A program made the position numbers and the translations under genes. The notes under the pieces were generated by a model that was not told where the DNA came from, did no database searches, and worked only from the letters and a program-made list of their open reading frames with translations. A DNA stretch of 64,000 nt from Desulfurivibrionaceae bacterium (GTDB taxonomy: Bacteria > Desulfobacterota > Desulfobulbia > Desulfobulbales > SURF-16): the NCBI GenBank assembly GCA_031581485.1, contig JAVLBA010000003.1, forward strand, positions 5,673 to 69,672, given 5' to 3'. Below, piece after piece: positions 43,269-53,189 of the stretch. Each line of letters opens with the position of its first letter. Position 1 is the stretch's first letter.

Positions 43269-43305
43269 CCCTGAAGATTGCTTTCGGTCTTCAGGGATTT
43301 TTTTT
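43269..43305 (+). terminator. Rho-independent terminator/attenuator after rpmF
   Basis: Stem CCCTGAAGA (43269-43277) / TCTTCAGGG (43289-43297) followed by a T-run (43299-43305). Confidence 0.8.
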
Positions 43306-43585
43306 CTTGTTTCTGTGCCTTTTTCAGCCAGAAAAAGAGTCTAACCACCTGTTTTGACTTGTGCGGCTCTCTCTTTGGGGGTATTTTCTTCCCTGCATGA
43401 GAACCGGCCCAGGCTTGTCTTTTTCCTAAGGTTCTCTTTGACTTCTTTGTTTCCCTTTGCCCTGGTGATGTGAAACATATAGGCCGTTTGGTCGGTGGAG
43501 TCAGCAGGGTGTGGTTCCTGTGATGATACAGGGCGCCCCTCGATTTGCTTAACCTCTAAAAGTTTTCTCATTTTGGTGAGTTCAC

Positions 43586-44611
43586 GTGCATATTGCTCTT
43601 GATGTCATGGGTAGTGACCGGGGCGCGGAGGAGTTGGTTTCCGGCGCACTTCAGGCAGTACACGAAAGTTCTATCAAAATCACCCTGGTGGGTGATGGGG
43701 AAGCAATCTCTTCTGCTCTTGCCGGACGGCAACCTAATGCCGCTCTTTCTATTTTCCCCACTACCCAGGTGGTGGATATGGGGGACAGCCCCATCGACGC
43801 CATCCGGAAAAAGAAAGATTCCTCAATGGTCCGCGCCTTTGAACTCCTGAAAGACCATAAGGTCGATGCCGTGGTCAGCGCCGGTAATTCCGGGGCAGTC
43901 ATGGCCTCGGCCATCAAATTTCTGGGCCGTCTCCAGCATATCAGCAGACCGGCTATCGCATCTGTGTTCCCTACCTTGAAAGGCCCCGTGGTCATGGCGG
44001 ATGTCGGCGCCAATGTCGACTGTCGTCCCGGGCATCTCTACCAGTTCGGGGTTATGGCCTCTGCCTTCGCCAAGATCATGTTTGGTATCTCGGCACCCAG
44101 GGTCGGCCTGCTCAGCATAGGAGAGGAGGGCGGTAAGGGCAATGCCCTGATCAAGAAAACCCACGAACTGCTCTCAGCAAGTAATCTTAATTATATCGGT
44201 AACGTGGAAGGTGGCGACATCTTTCACGGCGATGTTGATGTCATTGTCTGCGATGGCTTTGTGGGAAATGTCTGCCTCAAGCTCAGTGAAGGGTTGTCCG
44301 AGGCGGTTCTTACCATGCTCCGCGACGAGATCTCCAAGACGTTCAAGGCCAAAATGGGATATCTTCTGGCCAAAGATGCCTTTGGTGCCTTCAGAAAACG
44401 GGTGGATTATGCCGAGTATGGCGGCGCCCCCCTGCTAGGGCTTAACGGCGCCGCCATTATCTGTCACGGCCGCTCCAGTGCCAAGGCCATCAAGAATGCC
44501 CTTCTGGTGGCGGATGAATTGACCGCCAATCGCGTCAATGATCATATCCTTGCTGCCCTGGCCTTGGATGAGGCCGGCCTGGACTCCCTTGATGGGGAGG
44601 AGGGGTCGTGA
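43586..44611 (+). CDS. plsX: Phosphate acyltransferase PlsX
   Basis: MHIALDVMGSDRGAEELVSGA...VVSAGNSGA...VCDGFVGNV. GTG start. Confidence 0.92.
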   Translation: MHIALDVMGSDRGAEELVSGALQAVHESSIKITLVGDGEAISSALAGRQPNAALSIFPTTQVVDMGDSPIDAIRKKKDSSMVRAFELLKDHKVDAVVSAGNSGAVMASAIKFLGRLQHISRPAIASVFPTLKGPVVMADVGANVDCRPGHLYQFGVMASAFAKIMFGISAPRVGLLSIGEEGGKGNALIKKTHELLSASNLNYIGNVEGGDIFHGDVDVIVCDGFVGNVCLKLSEGLSEAVLTMLRDEISKTFKAKMGYLLAKDAFGAFRKRVDYAEYGGAPLLGLNGAAIICHGRSSAKAIKNALLVADELTANRVNDHILAALALDEAGLDSLDGEEGS

Positions 44612-45591
44612 GCTGGCGGGCCTCCATACTGGCCACCGGCTCCCATGTGCCGGCCCGGATCCTCTCCAATGAGGATCTCGAGAAGATGGTGGATACTTCG
44701 GATGAGTGGATTGTCAGCCGGACCGGGATCAAAACCCGCCATATTTCCGGCCCTGGCGAGTATACCTCTGTCCTGGCCAGCCGGGCGGCAACCAATACCC
44801 TGGCGGCTGCCGGGCTGGCGGCCGCTGAGGTGGATATCCTCATTGTTGCCACGGTAAGTGCTGAAATGACAATGCCCTCCTGTGCCTGTCTGGTGCAGAA
44901 GGAACTAGGCGCGATCAATGCCTTTGCCTTTGATATTAATGCCGCTTGTTCCGGTTTTATCTACGGTCTCAGTGTGGCGGAAAAATATATCCTCGCCGAT
45001 CCCCGGCTCAAGGTCATGGTCATCGGCGCGGAGACCTTGTCCACCCGGGTCAACTGGCAGGACCGCAATACCTGTGTCCTTTTCGGCGATGCCGCCGGGG
45101 CCGTGCTCCTGGGCAGCAGTGACCAGGGTGACGGCATTGTTGCTGAGAAACTCTTTTCCGACGGCACTCTCTATAATCTGCTCTATATGGACGGGGCCCA
45201 GAGCCTGAATCCCGACCTGCGCAACGAGGAGTTTGAAGGTTCCTTGATCAAGATGGTGGGCCGGGATGTCTTTAAGTACGCGGTCAATGCCATGGAAAAT
45301 GCCGTACGGCTGGTTTTGGCCCAGGCCGGGGTGGCCATTGAGGAGGTGCGTCTGGTGGTGCCGCATCAGGCCAATATCCGCATCATCAATAAGTTGACCC
45401 AAAAGCTGGGTGTTGATCCTGAAAAAGTCTACATTAATGTCACCAAGTATGGTAATACTTCCGCGGCTACCATCCCCCTGGCCTTGGATGAGGCCAATCG
45501 AGAGGGTCGTCTGCAGTCAGGTGACTATGTAATTCTGTGTGCCTTTGGTGGCGGTTTCACCTGGGGGGCAACATTGATAAAATGGCAGTGA
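44608..45591 (+). CDS. fabH: 3-oxoacyl-ACP synthase III
   Basis: SNEDLEKMVDTSDEWIVSRTGIKTRH, active-site region AFDINAACSGFIYGL, HQANIRII, and GNTSAATIPLAL. Overlaps plsX by 4 nt. Confidence 0.92.
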   Translation: MSWRASILATGSHVPARILSNEDLEKMVDTSDEWIVSRTGIKTRHISGPGEYTSVLASRAATNTLAAAGLAAAEVDILIVATVSAEMTMPSCACLVQKELGAINAFAFDINAACSGFIYGLSVAEKYILADPRLKVMVIGAETLSTRVNWQDRNTCVLFGDAAGAVLLGSSDQGDGIVAEKLFSDGTLYNLLYMDGAQSLNPDLRNEEFEGSLIKMVGRDVFKYAVNAMENAVRLVLAQAGVAIEEVRLVVPHQANIRIINKLTQKLGVDPEKVYINVTKYGNTSAATIPLALDEANREGRLQSGDYVILCAFGGGFTWGATLIKWQ

Positions 45592-45619
45592 GCCTTTTTT
45601 GCATAAGAGGCTTTTTTTA
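45591..45619 (+). terminator. Weak rho-independent terminator after fabH
   Basis: 8-bp stem including one G-U pair (AGCCTTTT / AAGAGGCT), a 6-nt loop, then 7 T. Separates fabH from the acd-etf-fabG block. Confidence 0.45.
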
Positions 45620-45637
45620 TAAATTAAAGAGGACGGG

Positions 45638-46795
45638 GTGGATAGAGTGGATCATTTCCTGACCGAAGATCAGCAGATGATTGTCGATCTGGCAAGACAG
45701 ATCACCGACGAGATGGTGATCCCCAATCGGGCGCGCTATGACGAGACAGAGGAGTATCCCCTGGATATCGTCGAGGCCTTGGCCAAATCCGATTTTTTTG
45801 CTCTTTTTGTCCCAGAGGAGTATGGCGGCTTGGGCGGCAGTTGTTATGATCTGGTCCTGGCTCTGGAGCAGATCGGCCGCGGCTGTGTGGGTATAGCCAC
45901 GGCCTATGCGGCAAGCGCCCTGGGTGCCTATCCTATTATTGTCGGCGGCAGTCATGAGCTGAAATCAAAATATCTGCCCGATATTGCCAGCGGCAAAAAA
46001 AGGGCGGCCTTTGCCCTTACCGAATCAAATGCCGGCAGTGATGCCGGTGGTATTCAGACCACCGCTGTTCTGGATGGCGACGAATGGGTCATCAACGGTA
46101 CCAAGCAATGGATCACCAATGGCGGCCACGCCCATCTCTATACCGTGATTGCCATTACCGACCCCAGCAAGGGTGCCCGCGGCGCCTCCATGTTTGTGGT
46201 GGAGGCGGATGATCCCGGGTTTTCCTGCGGTCCCAAGGAAAAGAAGATGGGTATCCGCTGTTCTGCCACCACGGAACTTATCTTTCGGGATTGTCGTATC
46301 CCCAAGGACCGGATCATCGGTCGTCAAGGCACAGGTTTTATCACCGTGATGAAGACCTTGGACAGGTCACGGCCCGGCATTGCCAGCCTGGGGGTCGGTC
46401 TGGCCCAAGCCGCCCTTGATGAGTCGGTGACCTACGCCAAGAGCCGTTATCAGTTTGGGAAGCCCATTATCTCTTTTCAGGCGGTCCAGCATATGTTGGC
46501 GGACATGGCCATTGAGACAGAGGCTGCCCGGGCCCTGGTCTATGTCAGTGCCCGTCATATTGACGCCCATCCCAAGGATATGTCCAAGGCCTCGGCCATG
46601 TGCAAGGTCAAGGCCACGGATGTGGCCATGAAGGTAGCTGTAGATGCGGTTCAGGTCTTTGCCGGCTATGGCTTCATGCGTGAGTATCCGGTGGAGAAGA
46701 TGATGCGGGACGCCAAGATTCTGCAGATCTATGAAGGCACAAATCAGATCCAGCGTAATGTTGTGGGTCAGGAACTCAATAAAGAGTATACCTGA
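45638..46795 (+). CDS. Acyl-CoA dehydrogenase (butyryl-CoA dehydrogenase / CarC-like)
   Basis: LTEDQQMIVDLARQ..., FALTESNAGSDAGG, and C-terminal GYGFMREYPVEKMMRDAKILQIYEGTNQIQR carrying the catalytic Glu. Confidence 0.88.
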   Translation: MDRVDHFLTEDQQMIVDLARQITDEMVIPNRARYDETEEYPLDIVEALAKSDFFALFVPEEYGGLGGSCYDLVLALEQIGRGCVGIATAYAASALGAYPIIVGGSHELKSKYLPDIASGKKRAAFALTESNAGSDAGGIQTTAVLDGDEWVINGTKQWITNGGHAHLYTVIAITDPSKGARGASMFVVEADDPGFSCGPKEKKMGIRCSATTELIFRDCRIPKDRIIGRQGTGFITVMKTLDRSRPGIASLGVGLAQAALDESVTYAKSRYQFGKPIISFQAVQHMLADMAIETEAARALVYVSARHIDAHPKDMSKASAMCKVKATDVAMKVAVDAVQVFAGYGFMREYPVEKMMRDAKILQIYEGTNQIQRNVVGQELNKEYT

Positions 46796-46872
46796 GACAT
46801 GATCCCCAGGATGCCGTGGCGCTGCTCTTTGTCTGCCCCCTTCATCCCTCAATCAATTTCCTGCGATGAGTT

Positions 46873-47661
46873 ATGAGAATTGTTGTCTGCATAAAACAAG
46901 TTCCCGATGCCAAGGATGTCCGTCTTGACCCCGTGACCAACACCCTGTCCCGTGAAGGCGTCAAGTCGGTGATCAATCCCTATGACCGGCATGCCATGGA
47001 AGAGGGTGTGCGTCTCAAGGAGCAGTATGGGGGTACGGTCACCGTGATTTCCATGGGACCTCCCCAGGCCAAGGCCATTTTAAGCGAGGCCATTTCCTGC
47101 GGTGTTGATGACGCCTTTTTGGTTTCTGACCGCGCCTTTGCCGGTTCCGACACCCTGGCCACCACCTACACCCTGGCCCAGGCCATCAAGAAGAGCGGGG
47201 CCGTGGATCTGGTCCTCTGCGGCAAACAGGCCACAGATGGCGATACCGCCCAGGTGGGTCCCGGTCTGGCGGCCCGGCTTGACATGCCCTACGTCACCTG
47301 TGTCAAGAAGATCAGCGCTGTCGAAGATCAGCTGATGCGCGTCGAACGGATGATGGATGACGGCTATGACGAGGTCGAGATTGATCTGCCGGCCCTGCTC
47401 ACTGTGGTTAAAGAGATCAATGTCCCTCGTTTTCCTTCCCTGCGAGGTCTGCGCAAGGCCAAGGCCTTTGATATCCCCAGCTATAGTGCTGCTGATATTG
47501 ATGCCGACCCTGACCAGCTGGGCCTGGGCGGTTCGCCCACCTGGGTGGTGAAGGTCTTTCCCCCCGAATGTAAAGGGGAGCGGAGCATGATTGAGGGAAG
47601 CCTGGAAGAGATTGCCGATAAACTGGCAGGGATTTTATCTGACAGCGCCTACGGCGCTTAA
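46873..47661 (+). CDS. etfB: Electron transfer flavoprotein beta subunit (bifurcating-type motif)
   Basis: MRIVVCIKQVPDAKDVRLDP...NPYDRHAMEEGVRLKE and CGKQATDGDTAQVGPGLAARL. DGDTAQVGP is, to my recollection, typical of FAD-binding bifurcating EtfB rather than AMP-binding ones. Confidence 0.88.
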   Translation: MRIVVCIKQVPDAKDVRLDPVTNTLSREGVKSVINPYDRHAMEEGVRLKEQYGGTVTVISMGPPQAKAILSEAISCGVDDAFLVSDRAFAGSDTLATTYTLAQAIKKSGAVDLVLCGKQATDGDTAQVGPGLAARLDMPYVTCVKKISAVEDQLMRVERMMDDGYDEVEIDLPALLTVVKEINVPRFPSLRGLRKAKAFDIPSYSAADIDADPDQLGLGGSPTWVVKVFPPECKGERSMIEGSLEEIADKLAGILSDSAYGA

Positions 47662-47679
47662 TCTAACGGTTTTTGTAAT

Positions 47680-48864
47680 ATGCTACTTATTGATACCGAA
47701 GCCTGTATTGGCTGTGGCCTCTGTGAGGACAATTGTCCTTTTGATGCGATCCATGTTGTGGATGGCAAGGCAGTGGTTAATGATTCCTGCACCCTGTGCG
47801 GGACCTGTGTTGACCATTGTGAGGTGGCGGCCCTTGCCATTGAGCGCGATGAGAGCGAAGCCATAGATCTGGCGGCCTGGTCCGGCATCTGGGTCTTTGC
47901 CGAGTATCGGGGCGGTAAGGTCGCCCAGGTCACCAACGAACTCCTGGGGGTCGGCACCGAACTGGCGGCCCAGCGTGGTGTCAAGCTGGCTGCTGTTCTC
48001 TTGTGCGATCAGAGTGGCGATGTTCCCCAGCAGCTCATTGCCGCGGGTGCTGATATCGTCTACACCGTGGAAGATCCTGCCCTGGCCGATTTTTCCGATG
48101 ATGCCTATGGCAATGCCTTGGAGGATCTGGCCAGAAAATATAAGCCTGAGGTTATCCTGGCCGGTGCCACCGCCATTGGCCGCTCCTTTATCCCCCGAGT
48201 GGCCACCTCACTTGTTACCGGCTTGACGGCAGACTGCACCAATCTTGCCATTGGCGATGACGGCCATCTCCACCAGACCCGGCCTGCCTTTGGCGGTAAT
48301 ATCATGGCAACCATCATGTGCCCCAAGCACCGCCCGCAGATGGCAACGGTGCGGCCCATGGTGATGAAGGCCAATACTCCTGACCCCGGCCGCCAGGGCG
48401 AGATTATTGTCGAAACCATTGCCCCGGTCCGGCTGCAGTCGCGGGCCCGGGTGGTGCGCACGGTTTTCAGCGAAGGTGAGCAGCTCAACCTCAGTGAGGC
48501 GGATGTGGTTGTGGCCGGAGGCCGTGGTCTTGATACCCGTGAGGGTTTCAAGTTGGTTGAAGAGCTGGCAACGCTTCTTGACGGCGCCGTGGGTGCCAGC
48601 CGGGCGGCGGTGGACAGCGGCTGGGTCGGCTATCCTCATCAGGTGGGCCAGACCGGCAAGACCGTGGCTTCCAAACTCTATGTGGCTTGTGGTATTTCCG
48701 GCGCCATTCAGCATGTGATCGGTATGAAATCTTCGGAGATCATTGTTGCCATCAACCGTGATCCCAAGGCCACCATCTTTGATGTGGCCGATTACGGAGT
48801 GGTTGGTGATCTCTTTGAGATCCTGCCCCGGGTCATAGAAAAAATCAAAGAGCGCCGCTCTTAA
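47680..48864 (+). CDS. etfA: Electron transfer flavoprotein alpha subunit with an N-terminal 2x[4Fe-4S] ferredoxin domain (CarE/LctC-like)
   Basis: N-terminal CIGCGLCEDNCP and CTLCGTCVDHC cluster motifs. C-terminal LYVACGISGAIQHVIGMKSSEIIVAINRDPKATIF is the EtfA FAD site. Confidence 0.88.
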   Translation: MLLIDTEACIGCGLCEDNCPFDAIHVVDGKAVVNDSCTLCGTCVDHCEVAALAIERDESEAIDLAAWSGIWVFAEYRGGKVAQVTNELLGVGTELAAQRGVKLAAVLLCDQSGDVPQQLIAAGADIVYTVEDPALADFSDDAYGNALEDLARKYKPEVILAGATAIGRSFIPRVATSLVTGLTADCTNLAIGDDGHLHQTRPAFGGNIMATIMCPKHRPQMATVRPMVMKANTPDPGRQGEIIVETIAPVRLQSRARVVRTVFSEGEQLNLSEADVVVAGGRGLDTREGFKLVEELATLLDGAVGASRAAVDSGWVGYPHQVGQTGKTVASKLYVACGISGAIQHVIGMKSSEIIVAINRDPKATIFDVADYGVVGDLFEILPRVIEKIKERRS

Positions 48865-48878
48865 CCCTGGTGACGATT

Positions 48879-49625
48879 ATGGATTTAACAGGAAAGGTTG
48901 CCGTTGTTACCGGCGGCAGTCGTGGAATCGGCAAGGCGGTATGCCTGCGCCTGGGCGCCCTGGGTGCCACCGTGGTTATCAATTATGTGAGCCGCCCCGA
49001 TGCTGCCCAGGAAACAGCGGCTGAGGTGGAGAAGGCAGGGGGCAAGGCTGCCCTGGCCCAGTTCAATGTGGCTGACAGTGCGGCCGTTGATGCGGCCTTC
49101 AAGCAGATCCTGGAGACCCATGGCCGGATTGATGTGCTGGTCAATAATGCCGGCATTACCCGTGACGGTCTCTTCATGAAGATGAAGGAGGCGGATTGGG
49201 ATCTGGTCCTTGATACCAATCTCAAGGGGGCCTTCAACTGTATCAAGGCCGTGAACAGGCCCATGATGAAACAGCGCTCCGGCGCGATCATTTCCATCAC
49301 CTCGGTGATCGGTTTTGCCGGTAATGCCGGCCAGGCCAATTACTCGGCAGCCAAGGCCGGGCTCATCGGTCTTACCCGTTCCCTGGCCAAGGAGCTCGCC
49401 TCCCGCAATATCAGGGTGAACGGGGTGGCCCCCGGCTATATCGATACCGATATGACCAAGGACCTGCCCGAGTCGGTGAAGGAGATCATTTTAAGTGAAA
49501 TCCCCCTGCGGTCCATGGGGGCGGCTGATGATGTGGCTGCTGCAGTGGCCTTTCTGGCCTCTGAGGATGCCCGTTATATCACCGGCCAGTTTATCCATGT
49601 CAACGGCGGCATGTACATGGCGTAG
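48879..49625 (+). CDS. fabG: 3-oxoacyl-ACP reductase
   Basis: LTGKVAVVTGGSRGIGKA, NNAGITRD, and the YSAAKAG catalytic triad region. Starts 14 nt after etfA with no terminator between them. Confidence 0.92.
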   Translation: MDLTGKVAVVTGGSRGIGKAVCLRLGALGATVVINYVSRPDAAQETAAEVEKAGGKAALAQFNVADSAAVDAAFKQILETHGRIDVLVNNAGITRDGLFMKMKEADWDLVLDTNLKGAFNCIKAVNRPMMKQRSGAIISITSVIGFAGNAGQANYSAAKAGLIGLTRSLAKELASRNIRVNGVAPGYIDTDMTKDLPESVKEIILSEIPLRSMGAADDVAAAVAFLASEDARYITGQFIHVNGGMYMA

Positions 49626-49725
49626 TCTGAAAAATAATTCTGGTTATTGTCTGATCTGAAAAATTAAAGTAACATCGGCTCTTTTCTGGTCGATCCAAAA
49701 GACATCTATTTAAGGAGAACTTATT

Positions 49726-49953
49726 ATGTCTGTTGAAGAGAAACTTATTGATATTATTGCAGAACAATTGAGTGTTGATAAGGCGAAAGTTGTTCCTTCC
49801 GCCTCGTTTGTCGATGATCTCGGCGCCGATTCCCTGGACCTGGTTGAATTGATTATGGCCATGGAAGAGGCCTTTGATACCGAGATTCCTGATGAGGTTG
49901 CCGAAAAGATCACCACGGTTAAAGCTGCTATTGAGCATATCGAGAAGTTATAA
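49726..49953 (+). CDS. acpP: Acyl carrier protein
   Basis: 75 aa with the [18 protein letters not shown] phosphopantetheine-attachment Ser motif. RBS AAGGAGA. Confidence 0.95.
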   Translation: MSVEEKLIDIIAEQLSVDKAKVVPSASFVDDLGADSLDLVELIMAMEEAFDTEIPDEVAEKITTVKAAIEHIEKL

Positions 49954-50117
49954 GAGACCCGCGGCAACGCCCCTGGTTGGGCCGTATGTCGGTGGATTCC
50001 TTGTTACGCCTTATCCGTGCCATTACGATGGCATGGTAAGGCGTTTTCTGCCGTTTTAGCCGGGAAGATTGTTTCTGAACCAGTTGTGCACGTTTTTGTG
50101 ATTTGAAGAGGGATATT

Positions 50118-51359
50118 ATGGCTCGAAGAGTTGTGGTCACTGGTGTTGGTCTGGTTACGCCCCTAGGCACGGGAGTTGCCAAAACCTGGGAAGGACTTTG
50201 CGCTGGCAAGTCGGGTGTGGGGCCGATTACCCGTTTTGACGCCACTGATTTTGCCGTGCAGATTGCGGCAGAGGTCAAGGACTTTCAGGTGGAAGAGTTC
50301 ATGGATGCCAAAGAGGCCAAGCATCTCGACTACTTTGTGCAATATGCTCTCGGCGCCGCCCATATGGCCCTGGCTGATTCTGGTTTTGTGGTCACGGAAG
50401 AGAATGCCACCCGGGTCGGCTCCATTGTGGGCTGCGGTCTGGGCGGCCTGCCCACCATTGAAAAATATCACCAGGTCTACCTGGACAAGGGGCCCAGAAG
50501 GATTACCCCCTTTTTTATTCCCATGGTTATTCCCAACATGGGTGCCGGGCAGATTTCCATCTTTCACAAGGTCAAGGGCCCGAACATCTCCCCCACCACG
50601 GCCTGTGCCGCAGGCACCCACGCTGTGGGCGAGGCCTACCGGCTGATTGCCGACGGTTATTGCGATGCGGCCTTCACCGGCGGCAGCGAGTCGGTGATCT
50701 GCCCTCTGGCTGTGGGCGGTTTCAACGCCATGAAGGCCCTGTCCAAGCGCAATGATGATCCGCAGGCGGCCTCCCGTCCCTTTGACAAGGAGCGCAACGG
50801 TTTTGTGATTGCCGAGGGCGGCGGTATCCTTATTCTTGAGGAGCTGGAGCATGCCCGGGCCAGGGGCGCCAGGATCTATGCGGAGATGGTGGGGTACGGT
50901 CTTTCCGGTGACGGCTACCATATTGCTGCTCCCCCTGAAGACGGCAACGGCGCCATGCGCTGCATGCAGATGGCCCTGGATGACGCCAAGATGAATCCGG
51001 AAGATATTGATTATATCAATGCCCATGGTACCTCAACCCCTCTGAATGATGTGGTGGAGACCAGGGCCATCAAGGGTGTTTTCGGCGATCATGCCCGCAA
51101 GCTTGCCATCAGCTCCACAAAATCGATGACAGGCCACATGCTGGGCGGCGCCGGGGGTATTGAGGCGGTGTTTACCGCCCTTTCCCTCCATCATCAGATT
51201 GCGCCACCCACTGCTAATCTGGAAAATCCTGATCCCGAATGTGATCTTGATTATATCCCGGGCAGTGCCAGGAACATGAAGATGCAGGCGGCCATGTCCA
51301 ACTCCTTTGGTTTTGGCGGCACCAATGCGGTGATTATCATGAAACGTTTTGAGGGCTGA
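50118..51359 (+). CDS. fabF: 3-oxoacyl-ACP synthase II
   Basis: MARRVVVTGVGLVTPLG, active-site PTTACAAGTH, NAHGTSTP, and SNSFGFGGTNA. Confidence 0.93.
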   Translation: MARRVVVTGVGLVTPLGTGVAKTWEGLCAGKSGVGPITRFDATDFAVQIAAEVKDFQVEEFMDAKEAKHLDYFVQYALGAAHMALADSGFVVTEENATRVGSIVGCGLGGLPTIEKYHQVYLDKGPRRITPFFIPMVIPNMGAGQISIFHKVKGPNISPTTACAAGTHAVGEAYRLIADGYCDAAFTGGSESVICPLAVGGFNAMKALSKRNDDPQAASRPFDKERNGFVIAEGGGILILEELEHARARGARIYAEMVGYGLSGDGYHIAAPPEDGNGAMRCMQMALDDAKMNPEDIDYINAHGTSTPLNDVVETRAIKGVFGDHARKLAISSTKSMTGHMLGGAGGIEAVFTALSLHHQIAPPTANLENPDPECDLDYIPGSARNMKMQAAMSNSFGFGGTNAVIIMKRFEG

Positions 51360-51363
51360 GCAG

Positions 51364-51789
51364 ATGAAAATTGCATTAGGGTGTGACCATGGCGGCCTGG
51401 GGCTCAAAAAGGAAATCGCTATACTGCTGCAGGAGATGGGCCAGGAAGTGGTGGATGTGGGCACGGATTCTCCCGATTCCGTCCCGTACCCCCGTTTTGC
51501 CGAGGCGGTCTGTGCGGAAATAATTGCCGGCCGCTGTGCGCAGGGCATCCTGATCTGCGGCACCGGGATCGGCATGTCCATGGCAGCCAACAGGCACCAG
51601 CAGATTCGCGCCGCCCTCTGCCATGAGCTTTTTACGGCCCGGCTGAGCCGCGAGCATAATGATGCCAATGTCCTGTGCCTGGGCGCCCGGGTTATCGGCT
51701 CGGGGCTGGCCCTGGAGATGGTCAAGACCTGGCTTGCAACCGAGTTTGACGGCGGCCGTCATTCCGATAGAATCGCCATGTTTTCTTGA
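51364..51789 (+). CDS. rpiB: Ribose-5-phosphate isomerase B
   Basis: MKIALGCDHGGLGLKKEI...GILICGTGIGMSMAANR...ARLSREHNDANVLCLGARV. Confidence 0.9.
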   Translation: MKIALGCDHGGLGLKKEIAILLQEMGQEVVDVGTDSPDSVPYPRFAEAVCAEIIAGRCAQGILICGTGIGMSMAANRHQQIRAALCHELFTARLSREHNDANVLCLGARVIGSGLALEMVKTWLATEFDGGRHSDRIAMFS

Positions 51790-51928
51790 GGGCGGAACCG
51801 GTCAGTAAAGCGGCCAAGCCGCTGCTCACCGCCATTTTAAAAAGAGAGAAACAAGAGAGAAGAATCGTGCCGATATTCTGGTTATTCTCCTCTATTGTCA
51901 TCTCATTACCCATAATTTAGATACTCCC

Positions 51929-53188
51929 ATGTCATCATTAAAAAAGAGTGATCCTGAAATCTTCCGGGCCGTTCGTCTCGAACTTGAGCGGCAGACCAAC
52001 CAGCTGGAGCTCATTGCCTCGGAAAATATCGTCTCCACTGCCGTTTTGGAGGCCCAGGGCTCCATTTTTACCAATAAATATGCTGAGGGTTATCCCAACA
52101 AACGCTACTACGGCGGCTGCGAATACGCGGATGAGGTGGAGTCCCTGGCCATTGCCCGGGCCCGGCAGCTCTTTGAGGCCCCCTACGCCAATGTCCAGCC
52201 CCACTCCGGCAGTCAGGCCAATATGGCGGTCTATTTTGCCTGTTTGAAGCCGGGCGACAAGGTGCTGGGCATGGATCTGGCCCATGGTGGTCATCTCACC
52301 CATGGCGCCTCGGTGAGTTTTTCCGGGGAACTCTATGATTTTGCTTCCTACGGCCTCAATAAAGAGACGGAAGAGATTGATATGGCCGAGGTGGAACGGC
52401 TGGCGGAAACGGAAAGGCCGAAACTTATCGTGGCCGGGGCCTCGGCCTATCCCCGGGTCATTGATTTCGCCGGATTCCGGGCCATTGCCGATAAGGTGGG
52501 TGCCCTGTTCATGGTGGATATGGCCCATATTGCCGGTCTTGTTGCCGCCGGTGTCCATCCCTCGCCCGTGGGCCATGCCCAGTTCGTCACCACCACCACC
52601 CATAAGACCATGCGCGGCCCCCGGGGCGGTTTGATCCTGGCTGATGAGGAGTATGGCAAGAAGCTCAATTCAAAAATCTTCCCGGGCATCCAGGGCGGGC
52701 CGCTGGTCCATGTCATTGCCGCCAAGGCCGTGGCCTTTAAGGAGGCCATGACGGATGAGTTCAAGGTCTACCAGAGACAGGTGGTGGCCAATACCAGGGT
52801 GCTGGCCCTCAAGCTGCAGTCCTATGGTTTCCGTCTGGTATCCGGCGGTTCTGACAACCATCTCGTTCTGGTGGATATGAATAATAAGAATATCACCGGC
52901 AAGGATGCGGAAGAGGCCCTGGAGGCCGCCGGCCTCACGGTGAACAAAAACGCCATCCCCTTTGACACCCAGAGCCGTTTTGTCACCGGCGGTCTCCGTA
53001 TCGGCACCCCGGCAGTGACCACCCGTGGCCTGAAAGAGGCGGAGATGGAAAAAATAGGCGCCTGGATCAACCGGGCCATTGAAAACAGGCTGAATAAAGA
53101 GGAACTCGGTCGTATCCGGCTGGAGGTACGCATGCTCTGTGAGGAATTTCCCCTCTATCCCGATCTTGCCCGGGAATATGACGAGTAA
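51929..53188 (+). CDS. glyA: Serine hydroxymethyltransferase
   Basis: [25 protein letters not shown], and [15 protein letters not shown] (PLP lysine). Confidence 0.95.
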   Translation: MSSLKKSDPEIFRAVRLELERQTNQLELIASENIVSTAVLEAQGSIFTNKYAEGYPNKRYYGGCEYADEVESLAIARARQLFEAPYANVQPHSGSQANMAVYFACLKPGDKVLGMDLAHGGHLTHGASVSFSGELYDFASYGLNKETEEIDMAEVERLAETERPKLIVAGASAYPRVIDFAGFRAIADKVGALFMVDMAHIAGLVAAGVHPSPVGHAQFVTTTTHKTMRGPRGGLILADEEYGKKLNSKIFPGIQGGPLVHVIAAKAVAFKEAMTDEFKVYQRQVVANTRVLALKLQSYGFRLVSGGSDNHLVLVDMNNKNITGKDAEEALEAAGLTVNKNAIPFDTQSRFVTGGLRIGTPAVTTRGLKEAEMEKIGAWINRAIENRLNKEELGRIRLEVRMLCEEFPLYPDLAREYDE

Positions 53189-53189
53189 A

